From Ructibacterium sp. (GTDB taxonomy: Bacteria; Bacillota; Clostridia; Monoglobales; Monoglobaceae), in the NCBI GenBank assembly GCA_045540375.1, contig JAZQHD010000146.1, forward strand, positions 32,117 through 96,116: a DNA stretch of 64,000 nucleotides. The letters are read 5' to 3'. Positions within the stretch are counted from its first letter, which is position 1, and every line of letters starts with the position of its first letter. Of this stretch, positions 30,609-41,300 are shown one piece after another. The notes beneath the pieces were generated by a model, which did not search any database, was not told the DNA's origin, and saw nothing but the letters and a program-made list of their open reading frames with translations. The translations under genes and the position numbers were made by a program.

Positions 30609-33600
30609 CTAGTTTACAGAGCTTCGATTTATGAATGTGAATAACCCATAAACCATTTTTGCAGCTTCTGCACGAGTCAACGATCTTCGTGCACCTAACA
30701 TATTATTCCCAATACCGGAGATGATGCCGGATTTTGCCAATGCTTCTACTGCTTCTTGAGCATAGGCAGAGCATTCGTCTTCAAAGGGAATATATTCTGC
30801 CTTATTGGAATACATCACATTCGTCAAATTACCAGCCCGATAAAGCATCACAATAGCATCCTCCCTGGAAATCTGCATTCCCACACCAAAGCTATCATTG
30901 GAAATACCCTGAACAATTCCATCCGCATATGCTTTCACAAGATACGGATAATACCAGCTTCCGGTATCAACATCTGTAAATGCAGGGAGCTTGGATTCCT
31001 TACCTGTTCCAAACATATTTACTACAATCTTAGCAAATTCTTCCCGGGTAATAGCATCATTTGGAGCAAAAATCCCTTCTGCTTTTCCGTTAATAATATT
31101 ATTTTTTGCAAGGAAAACAATAGCTTCTTCTGCCCATGTAACCCCAGCAATATCAGAAAAAACAGCGGCATTTTCTTCATAAGGCGTTACAGAATCCACA
31201 TTTGCCTGGTCAACGGGAGCTGTTGTAGCATAACCAGCACCGGCTCCTCCGCCAATGCCACCGCCTGCTCCGCTTCCAGCACCACCCAGAGTAGCTCCTC
31301 CTCCACCATTGTTATCCGCCGGTTGATAAGCAAGCAACGACTCTAACGCCTGAACAGTCGTAACAGATGCCCTGTTCTGATAAACATAATTACAAATTTG
31401 ATTCCATTTGTAGGCACTGGTTGAACCTTGGTAGCCATAGTCTGTTAGAACCTTTGCCACAGCATCCAAATCATTAGCCGTTTTCACAGTATATAAAACA
31501 TTCATGTATTTAGAATACTGCTTCTTAAACTCATATGCATCCAAAGAAGTGTTTCCGTTTAATACTTCACTGGTAATCTCATTCAAAGCAATACCTGTAC
31601 TCTGGCACTGCCCAAACAAAACAGAATCTAGATCCAATTCCTGCTTTACATCAGCAACCAAGATACTGCCACTCTTTAAATCAGCAAGGGTTTGAGAAAG
31701 TGATGTCTTGTCCAGGTAGACACAATCACGATCAAAAATCTTTCCATCTGCCTGAGAGTATGCAACAACACGATAAGTTCCTTCTGCATCTGGCTGGAAT
31801 AGAACACTACATTCCCCTTGGTCATTCGTCTTGGAGATTTGAAAATACACAAGTTTATCCTTTGCGTTATTTGCTATAATGTCAGTTAAGTCATCATTGA
31901 CTCCACTATCTTTTTTAATAGCATAAACTAAAACCATATCATTTTTCTCTGTTTTGGAAGAAAGAGAGAAAACAACCTGGTCTGCAAGAACCTTTTTGAA
32001 TATCTCTGCTTTTTTATCATAGGTTTTATCAATAACTGCAGTTGTTACACTGACATTTCCAAGCACTGCACCATCCGCAGAAAGTTCAGTCATTCTGTCC
32101 GCGCCGGTTAATACGTAGCTCTTTACGTAGAACGAATCCTTTTCCGCCTCGGTATATCCAGATAAATCCAGTGTGGTTTCCAATTGGGTCGATTCCAGTA
32201 TTCCAAGCGTTGCAGTATCTGAAGAAATTTGTAACATTTCTCCACCCGGATAGTTCGCAGAATTTTTGTATAAAACAGACAGAACCAAAATAGGACTGGT
32301 TGAATCTGCTAACGTAGAGGTGCGAACAATAATATCTGTATCTACGGTATCTGCAGTCTTTAAATCTGCAGTAGAATACGTAATGGAATCAACAGCAACC
32401 TTCCCATCAATAGGCCTTAAAACACTTTGGGTTATTGCACGAAGTGTATCTGCAGCACCACTCAGGCTCTCGTTCGTTGCATCGTTTGCGGCATCAGCAG
32501 CCTTTGCGGCAAAGAAAGCACTATCAAATCCATCAGGAAGCACCCTTCCGTCCTGAATCGCCTTTGCCTTGGCAATTCCAGCACCACGAACCGCTGCAAT
32601 CAGCTTATCCCGATTCAAATAAGGAACTGCCCCGTCTACACCGCAGGTCAAATCATCATAATCAATCAGTGAAATATTATCAATATAACCCAGTTCTTTT
32701 CCTGCATTATCCGTAGCTGATTTCACAGTCAAACCAGCGATTGCATTTTCCTTGGAGCTATCAAGATATTTTTCTTCACAAACCTTTATACCATTGATGT
32801 ATAAGGTAAGCGTTCCACAGCTTGTTCTGGTAGCATCTCTTACAACTGTTCCATTTTCTTCCGGTGCAAATACAAAACGGAAACGATTCACCTCGGTTTT
32901 GAAGTCCAACCCTGCAACATAATCGCTAAGATTAAACGTTGCCATTGTATATTCATACCGGTCAATCAATTTTGCAATCCCAGATACAGGATTCATTTCC
33001 AGCATACAAACCTTTCCGTTTTTCACAAATTCTCCAGCACTGTTATTGGCATTTATCAAAAGTCTGGAAACAATATCCTCAGGCATTTTATAGTCAAAAG
33101 ATAGTTCGGTTTTATAATGATTGTCAACATTGGCAGCATCGGCCCTGATGTTTCCGGAAGGATTTGCAAAGCGATATATGACACCATTTTTTTCATCAGT
33201 AGTGGTATCCAGCAAATGCCATTTCTCACCAAGTGCATAATTATTATCCTTGGCACTGTCTATCGCAACCGTATTGCATTCGTTGTAATCCGCAACACCA
33301 CCGTAAGGAACAAAACCACTGGCAACAGCACCTTCATAATCCTCTAAAGATAGTGTCCAGTACTGATAAACCACACCAGGATTCTCCGGTTCCTGAGGCT
33401 CTTCCGGCTCCTCGGGTCCTATTTCTTCTGTAGCAGTTTCTTCGGCTTCTTCCAAAGAAGATTGTGCCGCATCTACCGACTCCTGGGTTCTATCAATTGC
33501 AGTATATGCAGCTTTTGCTGTTTCAATCGCACTACTCAACATCGCTTGATTGCTGGAAGATAAATTTTCCAGTTTAGATTCACAACGACGAATTGCCGTA

Positions 33601-34418
33601 ATCAAACCATCATCATCTATGTATGCACTTGCTCCAACAACTCCGGTTCCGTATTCCAAAACCTTAATATTATCAACAGTTCCTCGTTCTACCAAGCCTG
33701 TGTGCTGAAACTGAAGACCGCACAGATATCTGTCCTTGGTAGACGAAGGGTTAACAAACTCTTTCATTAACACATCATCTAAATACACGGAAATAGTCGC
33801 ACCTGTCCCGGTGTCTTCTGCTGCGGTAATAACCACTTTGGTGCGATATATGTGGTCAGGATCCGTAATATGAGTCCCGATTTTTGAAACCAAATCTTCA
33901 CCGCTTAAAACGGTATTAGAGCCTCGGTCATAGATTGTTAACTTCTGGGTATCACCATTTTCAACCAAATACAGGGAAACAATGTTGCTCATATTAGAAG
34001 CATCCCAACCTGCGTTTTCAACAGAATTACTAATTACTCTGACAATATTAGAAGAACTTGATACAAAAGGATTCCAATCGAAATTTACCTCAACGGTATA
34101 GCCGCCCGAACCATTTTGTAACTTTCCGGTTGCAACACCAAACGCAGTTCTCTGCACGTTCTTGTCTGCGTTTTTTAAAAGAAGCGCATAATTACCCTGT
34201 CCATATTCTGCATCATTTGGAATAGCGTAAATACCACTGGCATCATCTACCTCTTTTGTTGTATTGTCATAAATGGCAAGGGATGATGCATTATCTTCAA
34301 AATTTTCTTCAAAGAGAACATTGCAGACATCAGGGACTACTTGCGAGTTCGCAAAACCCGGAACCAAAGACAGTATCATACAGATACAAATAATAGTCGA
34401 CATCATTTGTTTTTTCAT
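30609..34418 (-). CDS. Large SLH-anchored modular surface protein (modules A+B, Gly linker, three SLH domains)
   Basis: Signal peptide; C-terminal FSDIAGVTWA..GKAEGIFAPNDAITREEF, FTDV..WYY, TRAEAA. Modules shared with the 19369 and 20701 genes. Confidence 0.85.
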   Translation of the reverse strand: MKKQMMSTIICICMILSLVPGFANSQVVPDVCNVLFEENFEDNASSLAIYDNTTKEVDDASGIYAIPNDAEYGQGNYALLLKNADKNVQRTAFGVATGKLQNGSGGYTVEVNFDWNPFVSSSSNIVRVISNSVENAGWDASNMSNIVSLYLVENGDTQKLTIYDRGSNTVLSGEDLVSKIGTHITDPDHIYRTKVVITAAEDTGTGATISVYLDDVLMKEFVNPSSTKDRYLCGLQFQHTGLVERGTVDNIKVLEYGTGVVGASAYIDDDGLITAIRRCESKLENLSSSNQAMLSSAIETAKAAYTAIDRTQESVDAAQSSLEEAEETATEEIGPEEPEEPQEPENPGVVYQYWTLSLEDYEGAVASGFVPYGGVADYNECNTVAIDSAKDNNYALGEKWHLLDTTTDEKNGVIYRFANPSGNIRADAANVDNHYKTELSFDYKMPEDIVSRLLINANNSAGEFVKNGKVCMLEMNPVSGIAKLIDRYEYTMATFNLSDYVAGLDFKTEVNRFRFVFAPEENGTVVRDATRTSCGTLTLYINGIKVCEEKYLDSSKENAIAGLTVKSATDNAGKELGYIDNISLIDYDDLTCGVDGAVPYLNRDKLIAAVRGAGIAKAKAIQDGRVLPDGFDSAFFAAKAADAANDATNESLSGAADTLRAITQSVLRPIDGKVAVDSITYSTADLKTADTVDTDIIVRTSTLADSTSPILVLSVLYKNSANYPGGEMLQISSDTATLGILESTQLETTLDLSGYTEAEKDSFYVKSYVLTGADRMTELSADGAVLGNVSVTTAVIDKTYDKKAEIFKKVLADQVVFSLSSKTEKNDMVLVYAIKKDSGVNDDLTDIIANNAKDKLVYFQISKTNDQGECSVLFQPDAEGTYRVVAYSQADGKIFDRDCVYLDKTSLSQTLADLKSGSILVADVKQELDLDSVLFGQCQSTGIALNEITSEVLNGNTSLDAYEFKKQYSKYMNVLYTVKTANDLDAVAKVLTDYGYQGSTSAYKWNQICNYVYQNRASVTTVQALESLLAYQPADNNGGGGATLGGAGSGAGGGIGGGAGAGYATTAPVDQANVDSVTPYEENAAVFSDIAGVTWAEEAIVFLAKNNIINGKAEGIFAPNDAITREEFAKIVVNMFGTGKESKLPAFTDVDTGSWYYPYLVKAYADGIVQGISNDSFGVGMQISREDAIVMLYRAGNLTNVMYSNKAEYIPFEDECSAYAQEAVEALAKSGIISGIGNNMLGARRSLTRAEAAKMVYGLFTFINRSSVN

Positions 34419-34450
34419 AACATATCCTCTCCTTTTTCTTCCAATGTCTC

Positions 34451-37400
34451 TTATCTATGGCATCGAATCGTGATCGGTATTGAAAACCCGTTGCTCAAAC
34501 GAAACACAATTGCTCCACTTAAATCATCGTTCTGTATTTTTTCTTCCTTAAAGAAAGCATCCATATCGGTTTTAATGGTAATCTGATATTCCCGGTTGCT
34601 CTCTGCCATCCCCTGCAAATCTCCAGAAACGGTGAACCAGGCATCCGCTTCTGATTTTTCAACAGAAAAACCAAGACCCTCCTCTATTTCCCCAGTTTTG
34701 ATTGTCACAGTTGTAGTGTTCTTATCATGCATCCGAAGATGCGGTTTGTCTACAGTTAAAGCAACAGGACGTCCAGGGAAGACATCTGCATATGCTGATG
34801 CACCCATATCAGGGTTTTCAACATCCATAAAGTTATCAATCCTTGTTCCGGATCCTTTGGCAGGACTATCCGCCTTTAAGGTAAAATTGCCACTTAAATA
34901 ATCTTGAAATCCAGGCAACATACCTGAAATCTCATTTTCCTGATAGGTATAGGACTTTACCTTACCAAACAAGAGATTGTAATCTCCCAGGTGGGCTTGA
35001 GGGATGGGATAAATTGATGTATCCGATACAATCACGTTATTATAAGCCGTAGTATTCAGAACACGAGAGTTTCTTCTCGCTAAAAATGTGTTATTGAACC
35101 AGAACTGTTGTCCGTTTCCACCCTCCTGAACACTTCCCTGTTTGGTGGGTGTAGAGGCCGTAGTTTCTCTGTCTCCAAGGTTGTAAACTAAATTTCCAAA
35201 GATGTAAACCGGACCAATATGAATCGGTGCAAAGCTGATTCCACAGTAGAATTGTTCAACTTTGTTCTGATAGACCCGAACATTCATAGAACCGCCATCT
35301 AATTCCATGGCATCATCGTTGCCACCAAAAAACATATTGCCGTATATATCAGCATCAAAACCGACACCAGCATGATAAGAACTGTTAAACGCCCCTTCTA
35401 TTGCATCATTCCATCTATGAACACTGTTGCCGATAAAATCATTATATCGCACCACCAGTCCAGAACCCATCTGGGTATAAATAGCAGAACCGCCAGCCGG
35501 ATGGACTTGTGCATAGTCTTTGCCGTGCCATGGATTGGTACGAGCGTTACAATCATGGATATAACATCTTTCAATTACAACATTATCTGCATCTACCAAT
35601 GAAATGCCGGAGTCATAATTGACCTTGCTGAAATTCATACGATAGGTATGAGAAATATCACTCCAAACACCCAATCGTCCCCAACGAGAAATATCACAAT
35701 TGGAAATCCTGATATTTTTCGAACCTCCGGATACACTGATACCATGACGTCTTCCACCAACAACTGTGATATTTTCTAAAATAAGATTTTCACAATCCGA
35801 GATATAAATAGCTTCCCATTGATTGGAGCCGCCATCAACAACAGTATCCTTGTCTCCGACAATTTTAATCCACTCATCTTCGTTTCCTTTTAATCCTTGT
35901 AGAACCAAAGTTCCTCCATCATAAATATCAGAGAGAAAAATCTCCTTGCAGGTAGGATTCTCATTCCATGTTGTCGCAACGCCTAAAATCTCATTGCCAT
36001 CCAATACAAGCTTCACATCATAGGTGGTATCCGGATTCAAATTTGTGATTGATCCAAGATACTGTCCTATCCTCGAATCATACGTTGGCTGAAATCCTTT
36101 TTTCCAGCTACTGTCAGTATTTTCCTTGTAATAGATTTCCGCAGTTTCCGCTTGAGCACTCGTATAATAAAAACTAATGTTTTCAAACGTAGGAACAAGC
36201 TTCAAGCTTTCTGCCTCATAGGCAGCTTCATCTAATGAAGAGTAACATCCCGGCAAAGTTACGGCACGTTTTTTTAATACCGTTTCGGTCTCCCCATTTT
36301 TGGTGATACGAAACATTACATCATAGTATTTGCTATTGGGTCGGATTCCGCTAAAGCTACCTACCCAGCCACCATTTTGATACGTTAGATCATAGGATTT
36401 TTTCCACAATGTCACAGATTCAAGAGGCATACTCCATCCACCATAGGTTTCTTTTGTTTCTCCTGCTGCTTCATCAATTGACAAAACTCCCTCTACCTGA
36501 TCTTGATTAACTCGGGTAAAAACCTCAACCTCTGCAGTAGAACTGGTATTAATTTTAAAACAAAAGGATCCGTAACCCTTATTAAAGCAATAAAGTTCTG
36601 CAATATATGGACTTCTGACAGTTCCAAGATCTTCCGTGTAATTGGAAGTTATAAGCAGAGTGTTTGTTTCCTGATCAACGCTATAACTACAACCAAATGC
36701 ATCGCACAAGCTTTCCATCGCAATCATAGGCAAACAATCAGCATAGATATAAGGCGGAGCTGCCACCTTTTCACCACTGGATACGGTTATCCTGGAAGAA
36801 CCAATCGTAAAATCAATGAATTTCCCATCTAACCGTTCTGCATGGTAAGTTGTATCCGTTTGTTTTACCATAGATGCACCGACAAGATTCAATATATTTT
36901 CTGCCGGCACATACAAAGTACCATCTGCCATTAATTTTGCTTGTGCATCTGTAAAATACAATTTACCATCCACTCTGATATCCAGATTATCATTTAGGGT
37001 ATCACAGGTGATATGAACAGGGTTGGTCATTGCCTGCAAATTTTCACACCAAAGAAATAGTCTGATATCCCGGCTGGCATCATCAACCACAACCGGTGTT
37101 TCAAAGGAAATTGTTGATAATCCGGCTGCAATCTGAACATCTGAAACCAAACTGCAATCAAATAGAATATTATTCCGAAAGAAGCCAACAAGTACCATGA
37201 CAGTTTCCGCATCCAGCTGATTGTCTACCGTGATACCACTCACAGCTCCATCTTTCGTATAATGCACTTCTTTAATCTGAACGCTTTGCTGTTGTGGAAA
37301 AAAACTATGGTATACCTGTTCCAACGCATTGGTAGCATTGTGGTATTCTGTAACAGTTCCGCCTTTTTTCAGCAGACTCGTTGCTTCCGCATACTCCTGT

Positions 37401-38287
37401 TTCAATCTTTGATAGGAAGGCATTTCGCTGAAAAAGGAATACTCATGTAAAAGATCTGCAGTTTTACGAACAGAATACAATAATTTCCCTGGATCTGCCG
37501 GAATACCGCTTCCATTATAATTGGACAATCGCCGAACAGAAATATTATCAATATATCCGCCGGGTGCGCCAGAACGATTCTTTACACAAATCATATCGTA
37601 ATACTTTAATTTTGACTTATAATTTTCCAATGTTTTTTCTGTTGTGGAAGTAAAAACAGATATTCCATCCACAAAAACAGAGGAAAGCACAGAACATGCC
37701 TCTGCATTTTCATTGGTACACCGCATCAGAATGCGAACATGGTGCCATTCCTTTTCCGAAAATTGCACAGGCTCGCTGAAGGTTGAAAGGGAACCATCCT
37801 CTGCTTCATTTTCCAAAACAGAAATTGCTCCACCGGAAACACGAATAATCCCGAAAAATCTTCCGGAGGATTGAGACGATGTCAAGTAAATATCGTATTG
37901 TGTCGACGAACTATTTTTTTCTGTAAAAAGGTCAAACTCTGTTAAAGAAAAACAGTTTTTACCCTGAGCTGATGCGGTTGCATAAGGATAATAATAAAAT
38001 CTCTCCCCAAGTTCAACCGCCTTTTCCGAGTTGAGGGAAAGGGCACGACCAATCTCATATTGCCAGGAAAAGTTTTTATACTCATCCACAGCAAGTCCAT
38101 CTGCCATAGTATATCCATAGGAAAACCGGCTGGCATACTCTGTAGCATCGGAAAAATCCTCAACAAATACGTCTCCCAACTGTAGTTCCGAGCCTGCCCC
38201 TTCCATCGCAAAGGTTGTAGAGGCAGAAATTATGAAACAGGAAACCACAATCCAAGCAAGACATCTTTTTATTCTCCTAGAAATCAA
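34451..38287 (-). CDS. Secreted right-handed parallel beta-helix protein with copper-amine-oxidase-N-like domain (candidate polysaccharide lyase)
   Basis: Signal peptide; GTLYVPAENI..LG anchor-like domain; tandem Fn3-like repeats; beta-helix coils (NIRISNCDIS, NVVIERCYIHD, NVRVYQN). Confidence 0.75.
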   Translation of the reverse strand: MISRRIKRCLAWIVVSCFIISASTTFAMEGAGSELQLGDVFVEDFSDATEYASRFSYGYTMADGLAVDEYKNFSWQYEIGRALSLNSEKAVELGERFYYYPYATASAQGKNCFSLTEFDLFTEKNSSSTQYDIYLTSSQSSGRFFGIIRVSGGAISVLENEAEDGSLSTFSEPVQFSEKEWHHVRILMRCTNENAEACSVLSSVFVDGISVFTSTTEKTLENYKSKLKYYDMICVKNRSGAPGGYIDNISVRRLSNYNGSGIPADPGKLLYSVRKTADLLHEYSFFSEMPSYQRLKQEYAEATSLLKKGGTVTEYHNATNALEQVYHSFFPQQQSVQIKEVHYTKDGAVSGITVDNQLDAETVMVLVGFFRNNILFDCSLVSDVQIAAGLSTISFETPVVVDDASRDIRLFLWCENLQAMTNPVHITCDTLNDNLDIRVDGKLYFTDAQAKLMADGTLYVPAENILNLVGASMVKQTDTTYHAERLDGKFIDFTIGSSRITVSSGEKVAAPPYIYADCLPMIAMESLCDAFGCSYSVDQETNTLLITSNYTEDLGTVRSPYIAELYCFNKGYGSFCFKINTSSTAEVEVFTRVNQDQVEGVLSIDEAAGETKETYGGWSMPLESVTLWKKSYDLTYQNGGWVGSFSGIRPNSKYYDVMFRITKNGETETVLKKRAVTLPGCYSSLDEAAYEAESLKLVPTFENISFYYTSAQAETAEIYYKENTDSSWKKGFQPTYDSRIGQYLGSITNLNPDTTYDVKLVLDGNEILGVATTWNENPTCKEIFLSDIYDGGTLVLQGLKGNEDEWIKIVGDKDTVVDGGSNQWEAIYISDCENLILENITVVGGRRHGISVSGGSKNIRISNCDISRWGRLGVWSDISHTYRMNFSKVNYDSGISLVDADNVVIERCYIHDCNARTNPWHGKDYAQVHPAGGSAIYTQMGSGLVVRYNDFIGNSVHRWNDAIEGAFNSSYHAGVGFDADIYGNMFFGGNDDAMELDGGSMNVRVYQNKVEQFYCGISFAPIHIGPVYIFGNLVYNLGDRETTASTPTKQGSVQEGGNGQQFWFNNTFLARRNSRVLNTTAYNNVIVSDTSIYPIPQAHLGDYNLLFGKVKSYTYQENEISGMLPGFQDYLSGNFTLKADSPAKGSGTRIDNFMDVENPDMGASAYADVFPGRPVALTVDKPHLRMHDKNTTTVTIKTGEIEEGLGFSVEKSEADAWFTVSGDLQGMAESNREYQITIKTDMDAFFKEEKIQNDDLSGAIVFRLSNGFSIPITIRCHR

Positions 38288-38311
38288 CCTCTATTCCCCC
38301 TTCTCCATCTA

Positions 38312-41300
38312 CTATTTTTCAACATACACAGTTACCGGTATGGACAATCCATTGCTAAATCTAAAGAAAAGCATACCATTACCTTCGTCCAGATAAAGCT
38401 TTTTATTGTTCAACCAGATATGATGATTGGATAAATCACCTTTGATTTTGACGGTATAGGATTTACCGGATTCAGCAGTTCCGGTCAAATCACAATCTAC
38501 ACCCTCAATCTGTAAAAACTCATTCTGCAGATTCGTGTGAATTCGATAAGTAAGACCCTCTTCGATTTCACCAAGTTTAAAAGTTACCGTGATTTCACCT
38601 TTATCTTTGAGACTGGCAAAATACTTATCGGCACTAGCATCAATGGGTCTATAAGGGAAGAAATCATATTTACCACCCTGTTCGAATGCACCAATATCTG
38701 TTTTTCCTACAGAAAAATCACTAAAGTTGTTCAAATGTTCACCCTGGTCAATTCCAACACTTCCGGTTGCCAGCCTAAAATCACCGATTTCTGTATCTAC
38801 ATATTCCGGTTGTGTAAAGAACCCGTGTGGTTCATAACTTTCGGATGGTTTTTTATTCTGCCCTGTTACGATATCATAATCCGCAATTTCTGCCTCGCCG
38901 CCGCCACCATTTCTCGATTGAGTAGTAATGTTATTGCGGGCATAACCATGTAAAAACAAGCCTGAACTACGAATTGCGGTACTCATGGTGTTATTCAGAA
39001 TAAACTGCATTCCTTCACCACCATCAATTTTAATCGAGGGGTTCGTGTTGTCGTTCTGAGAATTACCGCGATTGGTGAACAGATTACGATAGATATACAA
39101 AGGTCCAACATGAGTTGGAGCGGTACTAACACCACACAAGGACTGCTCAGAACGATTCTCGTAGACACGAACATTTCTGCCGGAGGAGTCAATCTCCAAA
39201 GAGTCATCCTCGTTGCAGTACCACATATTTCCGTAAATATCGGAATCAAAACCGGGTCCTGCGTAGTTACCACCATTAATTTCAGATTCCATCACATCGT
39301 TGAATCGATGTTGATCACTGCCAATCATATCATTGTAGCGAATGACCAATCCCTGGGAGCCGCCAAGCAACATCGCACATGGTCCTGCAGGATGGCTACG
39401 AATATAATAATCAGCAAAGGTTGAAGTATCACCAAAGGTCCAGGGGTTGGTGCTTCCCAGGGTATCATGAATATAACAACGCTCAATTACAACATTTTTG
39501 GCATTCCAGATACGGATTCCTCCATCCAAATTCCGAACATTACCATCGGTAATATAGCCCTTGAGCCAAGGATTCATGACACCGGTTGAACTCCAACCGG
39601 AAATATCGCAATTAATCACCCGAACATTTTCACAGCCACGAGTGATATTAATACCGAACTTATCTCCACCTTTTACGGTGAGACCTTCCAATATTAAATA
39701 CTTACAATTAGAAAGATATACACTCTGCTTCCATTCATGTCCGGCATCAATGACGGTTTTTCTGTCACCAACAATCTTAATCCAGCCATTTTCGCTGCCC
39801 TCAATGTTTCGTAAAACAAGAGGCTCATATTTTCCGCCTTCATAAATCTCCGAAATGGGTATGGTCTTTGCAATAGGTACATCCGATGTCCAGGTCCGAC
39901 ACTCGGTGGTCTCAGTTCGAATTACTTTACCATCTTTTATTATGTCAGCTTTAATCTCATATTCTGTATCTTCATTCAAATATACAATGCTGCCACGATA
40001 TTGACCGCCTGTAACACGGGTATCATAAATGGGCTGAAATGCTTGTCTCCACTTAGAAGTCCCTTTTTCTTTAAACCAGATTTCACAGGTGGTTTCAGGA
40101 TCGGCTTCATCAATATAATAGCTAATATTTTCGAAGGTTGGAATGGCAACCAGCTTTCCTTCCGTTATCACCCAATCCTCATCCTCAATGTATTCACGAA
40201 AATCCAATGGTAACGTTTTGATTGCTTTTTCAATGATAAAAGTGTCGGTAAAATCTCCATCAATGATACTCACCTTCATATCATAGCCACTGTCTCGATA
40301 CAAGCTTCCGCAATCGCCTTCAAAATAACCATTTTCATAAGTAGGTGTGAAAATCTGACCCCAGTAGTAATCCATTTTACTACCGCCGCCACCTTTCCAA
40401 CCACCTTTAAATTTTGCTTTTGTGTATTCCTGCCACTGTCCGGCATAGAAACTATCCATCCGACGCTTTAACCAAACCTTTATCTTAGCATTAGGTCGGT
40501 CGATTTTCAATTTATAGGTTGCACCATACAGATACGGGTCAGTTTCAATAATATCTGTACTTTCTCGCCGAATGGTATCCTCTGTGCGAAAATGGGTACT
40601 GATATTGGTGGTATGGTCAACCTCATCATAGGTATAATCAAAATCAAAAGCCTGCTTTAGCGCGCTTAACGGAACCATCAAAACGTTGTCCTCGTATAGG
40701 TAACTCTCCTTAGACATCTTGAATTCACGACCATTGGCAACCGCCACGTCGCTGCTAATATAAACCTTAATGTAATCCCTACCATAAGACGCCAGATAAT
40801 ATTCCTCACGAAGTTTAACTTCTACGCCCATAATATTCATCAGATTACGCATGGGAACCATCAGTTCTCCGCCATCTTTTTGGATTTTAACATCTGTCAG
40901 CCACTTATTTCCATCAATCACCAATTTAGGCAGACTATTTTCATAGGCAATGACTTCGAGTTCCGCCTCGGTATAGCGATAAGGCTCATCAGGCAAGGAC
41001 CCAAAACCCATAGGGGTCCATGTTTTCTTGGTAATTAAAATACAATCAATAATATGCCCGCCCTGACGTGCCTTGGCATTTAAAATATGGGTACCCTTAT
41101 CCAAATATGCCGCCGTAACAGATGTATAGGTTTCACTGATAATGTTTTTGTCAGAAGCATTGGATGTATACCAGGTGTAATCCCCAAGGGTAGTGCTGTA
41201 ATCCACTCTGCGATATCTGTTTTCATCAAATGCAAAATGGGTTGATTTCTGCCCCTTCGCCGGAGTCTTCATCCGAACATAAACTCGATAAAGGCCGGGA

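Noticed and set aside
31225-31320. GC-rich low-complexity repeat (and a similar one near 5970-6020)
   Set aside because: Encodes Gly-rich linkers before SLH domains; not a DNA-level repeat system.
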